64,000 nucleotides of DNA, taken from contig JBEUKZ010000053.1 in assembly GCA_048128005.1 (NCBI GenBank), positions 1 to 64,000 on the forward strand. The letters run 5' to 3'. A program made the translations under genes and the position numbers. The stretch's first letter is position 1. Every line of letters starts with the position of its first letter. The notes beneath the pieces are model-generated. The model was not told the DNA's origin, did not search any database, and saw only the letters and a list, made by a program, of their open reading frames with translations. Source of the stretch: Veleropilina oligotropha. Taxonomy: Eukaryota. Shown here one piece after another: positions 60,433-64,000 of this stretch.

Positions 60433-60586
60433 TGATTTTGATTTTGACAATTTTCAAAATAATATTGACAACAGATACTATTAACTAATCAACTTACATC
60501 AATTTGTATATTATCAATTTTAAAATATCAACACAAACATTCATCTTGAAATCATCGATATATTATGCATGTTGTATAAATATGTC

Positions 60587-60700
60587 CCGCGGTGGCTCAG
60601 TGAATTGATCACAGGACTCTGATGACAGAGTCCTTAGTTCGCCTCCCGGTCTCGGCGATTTCCCTTGGGCTAGCAAATAAGTCTCAGTCCACCCAGCCTA
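60587..60700 (+). mobile_element. Degenerate tRNA-headed SINE (CORE-like)
   Basis: TGGCTCAGTG A-box, GTTCGCCTCC B-box, then CCCTTGGG...CTCAGTCCACCCAG. Confidence 0.4.
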
Positions 60701-61043
60701 TCAGAATATATATACGCCACATCTACGCTACCCGAGGGAGTTATATGTATCGTGGATATACGAATGTATACCTATGTAGACTTGTGCAAGTAAGGGCTTC
60801 GGCGAGACAGTGGTTAGGGGTTCCAACTTCCGACACTCATTCAAGGCTGTTAGGTGGGTGCGAGTTCGATCACAGCCAGAGACTCATTCTGCCGCTTAAA
60901 AATAGTCAAAATGTCAGTCAGATCGGAAATAGAAATAGTCACAGTGGTCGTAAAACAAGTCGTCAACTAACAAAAAAAGTGTGAATAGGTGTTAATTATA
61001 TTTATATACGAAATCGGTAATTTTCTTCATTGCATTGTGTTGA

Positions 61044-61300
61044 GGCCGCTTCGACAGCTGTGTGGTATCGGTTGTGGACTCCGAAAAATCACCTACTTTA
61101 TTCCGCTGACGCGAATAGTAGTGGGTTCAAACCTCGGCTGGGGCAGCACACATTTGTTCAAGTTATGATTAACAGTTGCCCGTAACTGGTCCGAGAGGGC
61201 GGGTTTCCCGGGCCCTCCTCCCGCGATAATATGGACATGTCCTGCTTTGAACCAAATAATGGTTGGAAATATACAGGACATTAAGCATCGATCCTTTCCT
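61044..61300 (+). mobile_element. SINE copy (family of 28654); further fragments at ~61455-61560 (-) and 63937-64000 (+)
   Basis: Shared head, core and tail. Confidence 0.75.
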
Positions 61301-61829
61301 TTTCATTGCATTGTCCGTTTCTTTACAGAGAATATGTGTTTATAGGAAATTATTAAAAATGCATGCACCTCAACTGACAATGACAGGGTGGTCGTCCGTT
61401 TTCCGCATTTACAATGAAAAGGAAATGAACGGATCGATGCTTATATTGTTCCATATATTTCCAACCATTACATTCAAGCAGGTCATGTTCATATTAGCGC
61501 GAGAGGAAAGCCCGGTCATCCGGGAAACCCACTGTCTCCGACCAATTACAGACAACAGTTACTGTGAATCAAGCCAGTGATTTTCGGAGTTTTCAGCCGA
61601 AACCACAGGACTGTCGGATCGGCCCACATTTACAATGAGATTTTCATCGAGTTTTAATTACCAATAAATACTGTGAGTTATCTAGAACTGAAGCCAATGC
61701 AAATCGAAAGATCGTCATTACTTCTATATATATTTGTAATTGCGGAAAATATTGGTTACTCCGAGTTACCATACTCTTTAAAATAAAGTCGGTATTATAT
61801 TATATATTAGTATAATGTGCGCACCCATA

Positions 61830-62137
61830 AGGCGAGAAGTCAAAACCTGAGAGGTCGAAAATTTGAGAAGTCGAAAACTCGAGAAATCGAAAAATTTAAA
61901 ACTCGAGAAGGCGAAATTTAATATTGTTGAATCTCGAGTCTTCGCCGCGAAAACTCAAGATTTGTACGCGAAAAAGCGCTATTTCGAAAGCGATAATTAT
62001 CGCGTGTGATTCTCGAGTTTTCGCGTCAAAAATCTCGAGTTTTCGACCTCTCTACTTTTGGACTTCTCGAGTTTTAGCGGCGAAAAGTCGAGATTTAATA
62101 TATTAAATCTCGAGTTTTCGTGGCGAAAAGTCGAGAT
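61830..62137. repeat. Fold-back array of TCGAG/CTCGA-containing short repeats
   Basis: Repeated AAAACTCGAGAA and CTCGAGTTTT motifs in both orientations. Confidence 0.55.
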
Positions 62138-64000
62138 GGTCGTAAGCAGCCATAAATTCGTTCCTAATTCGATTAAACATGTCAACTTTCATTCACAATG
62201 TCACTACAGCATGTATGAACATTTACTTGTTCATTTATTACCATACATTTATAAAATGTATGTTAACAGAACCTTTATAAATAATAACAAAGTTAATATT
62301 TATACAGCGCCCTTTCCAACGGAATTGCTCAAAGACGCTTAGTTATATTAAAGAGCCTATGACATCTGCTTTAATACACGTAATGGTATATATGGCACGA
62401 AAGATGGAACCATGTAGTATTTATTTGCGTAGTTTCATAACATTTGGTTACTTAGTTATTTTTTAAAACTGAAATGAAATTACGAATTGGAACTCTTCAA
62501 TGAACACGCCCATTTTACTTCGTCCGCCATCTTGAAACGTCACTACCGTCAATCGACTTGTAAACAATGGCGTCGAACAGCGCGATTGTCGTTATCGAGG
62601 AGTGTGAAATATTTAATTCTGACTTCGACACGAACCTTTTAATGGAAATTTTGCTTGCGAATCCGAGACGGGACCATAATTATATGGCTTACATAAGCGG
62701 TTAGGTATTGAACATTAAATATTTTGAAAAAGACTAAGAAGAAGCGACCGTATCCGACTCAGAGGAAAATTGTTTATGGGGCGAGTGTGGCAGGTACAAC
62801 CTAGCAGACGCTTACAAAACAACGAATGGCACGTGAGTAAATAGTGTATGCTAATTCGAAAATATCGATTAAATATATTTTACTTTAGCGTAAATTCCAA
62901 CAATTTCCTTATTTTACACGTAAACATAGCTTGGGCCCCCCGACTAAACTTCCACATTCGCGCAGGTAGTCACGGAGCTCGCAGCAATGTTAGTAATTAA
63001 TGTTTTTTTAAAATCTGGAGTAATAATATGTTTTTTTATTTCTACTAACCCAGATCACTCAAGGTGATATTATTGGATTCATATTATTAATGCAATCTCT
63101 CTCTCTGTATCACGAATAGGGAGACAACTCTAGTGACTTGCGTTTGTGTAGGTTTCCTCAAAATATTTTATCATTTGATCAGAATGTTTCTCTTCAAGGT
63201 AAGGTCAAAGTGATTTTCTGTTTCCATAATTATATATCAAATCTGTAACCTGTTGAAAACAAAATGTGACAAGATGCATTTCACTGTATGAAATGCCGGT
63301 AGGAACGCGATATATTAGGTCAATATTTGATGTTCAAGGATTGACATTTAAAATGTTAACTAATAACATCACCAATATTTGTTACGTAATTTTCTCAACT
63401 TAAGTTTTGTTTTGATGCAACTGCGTGCTACTATTGTTTTATTATATTTGACAGTAATTAAGTATATTGTGTAAGGTACGGTATCCCGTGACATGGTTCA
63501 ATCTACTTACCTGATTGTGCAGATTTGTCGGTGTGGGTACCCTTCACGGTCAAGGACAGACAATTCAGAATTACATGTATATGTACTTATAATACCGGCA
63601 TTCCCAATTGGCAATATGACAATAGATTCTAAATCAAATCTCATGCTTTCAACGATTCATGTTGTTTTGTAATCTTGTTTACTGTATGCAACCTTATTGC
63701 ATTCTGAATATTTTGGTTAGAAATGATTATATGCAATATAACAATGTCTTAGCGTTGTGAGTATTACAGTTACACTCATATTACGATATAGTACTGTATT
63801 GATTGTTCAGGCTCGGCAATTGAATGTTCAAAACCGGTCGATAACATTTTGGAACTATTAGTAACAGTGCTGACATGGGAGTTTTTACAGGCCATTATTG
63901 GACATATCCAGATGACATTACATTGTGCTAAATGAGTTCAAGTTAAGAATCATAGTTGTCCGTAACTGGTCGGAGAAGGCGGGTTTCCCCGGGCGACCAG

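Overview
Eukaryotic (invertebrate, probably lophotrochozoan/mollusc-like; inferred from the repeat families) genomic DNA, AT-rich and dense in transposons. Three main structures are present. (1) A spliced + strand host gene (exons 2522-26927, first exon not located) encodes a type I membrane receptor: Cys-rich SUEL/galactose-lectin-like domain, CUB-like domain, Thr/Pro stalk, TM helix and a Tyr-motif-rich tail. (2) Its 16.7-kb intron is filled by a nested stack: an Academ DNA transposon (5680-20658, TSD ATA) contains a second Academ (10306-19868, TSD TTA), which contains a DIRS/Ngaro tyrosine-recombinase retrotransposon (gag, RT-RNaseH, YR). (3) The most notable feature is a GC-rich 17.3-kb integrated Polinton-like virus (34468-51799) with 223-bp TIRs, AG...CT ends and a 5-bp TSD. 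It encodes probable major and minor capsid proteins, an A32-type packaging ATPase, a retroviral-type integrase, several membrane proteins and a secreted Cys-rich protein. In place of a canonical pPolB it has a reconstructed ~1,310-aa fusion of HEH, an OTU-like domain, a divergent exonuclease-less PolB core, an SF1 helicase and an HNH nuclease. No adenain protease was found. The rest is SINEs, LINE tails, MITEs, minisatellites and a 1.63-kb tandem duplication. All family assignments come from motif recognition by eye; no database searches were run.
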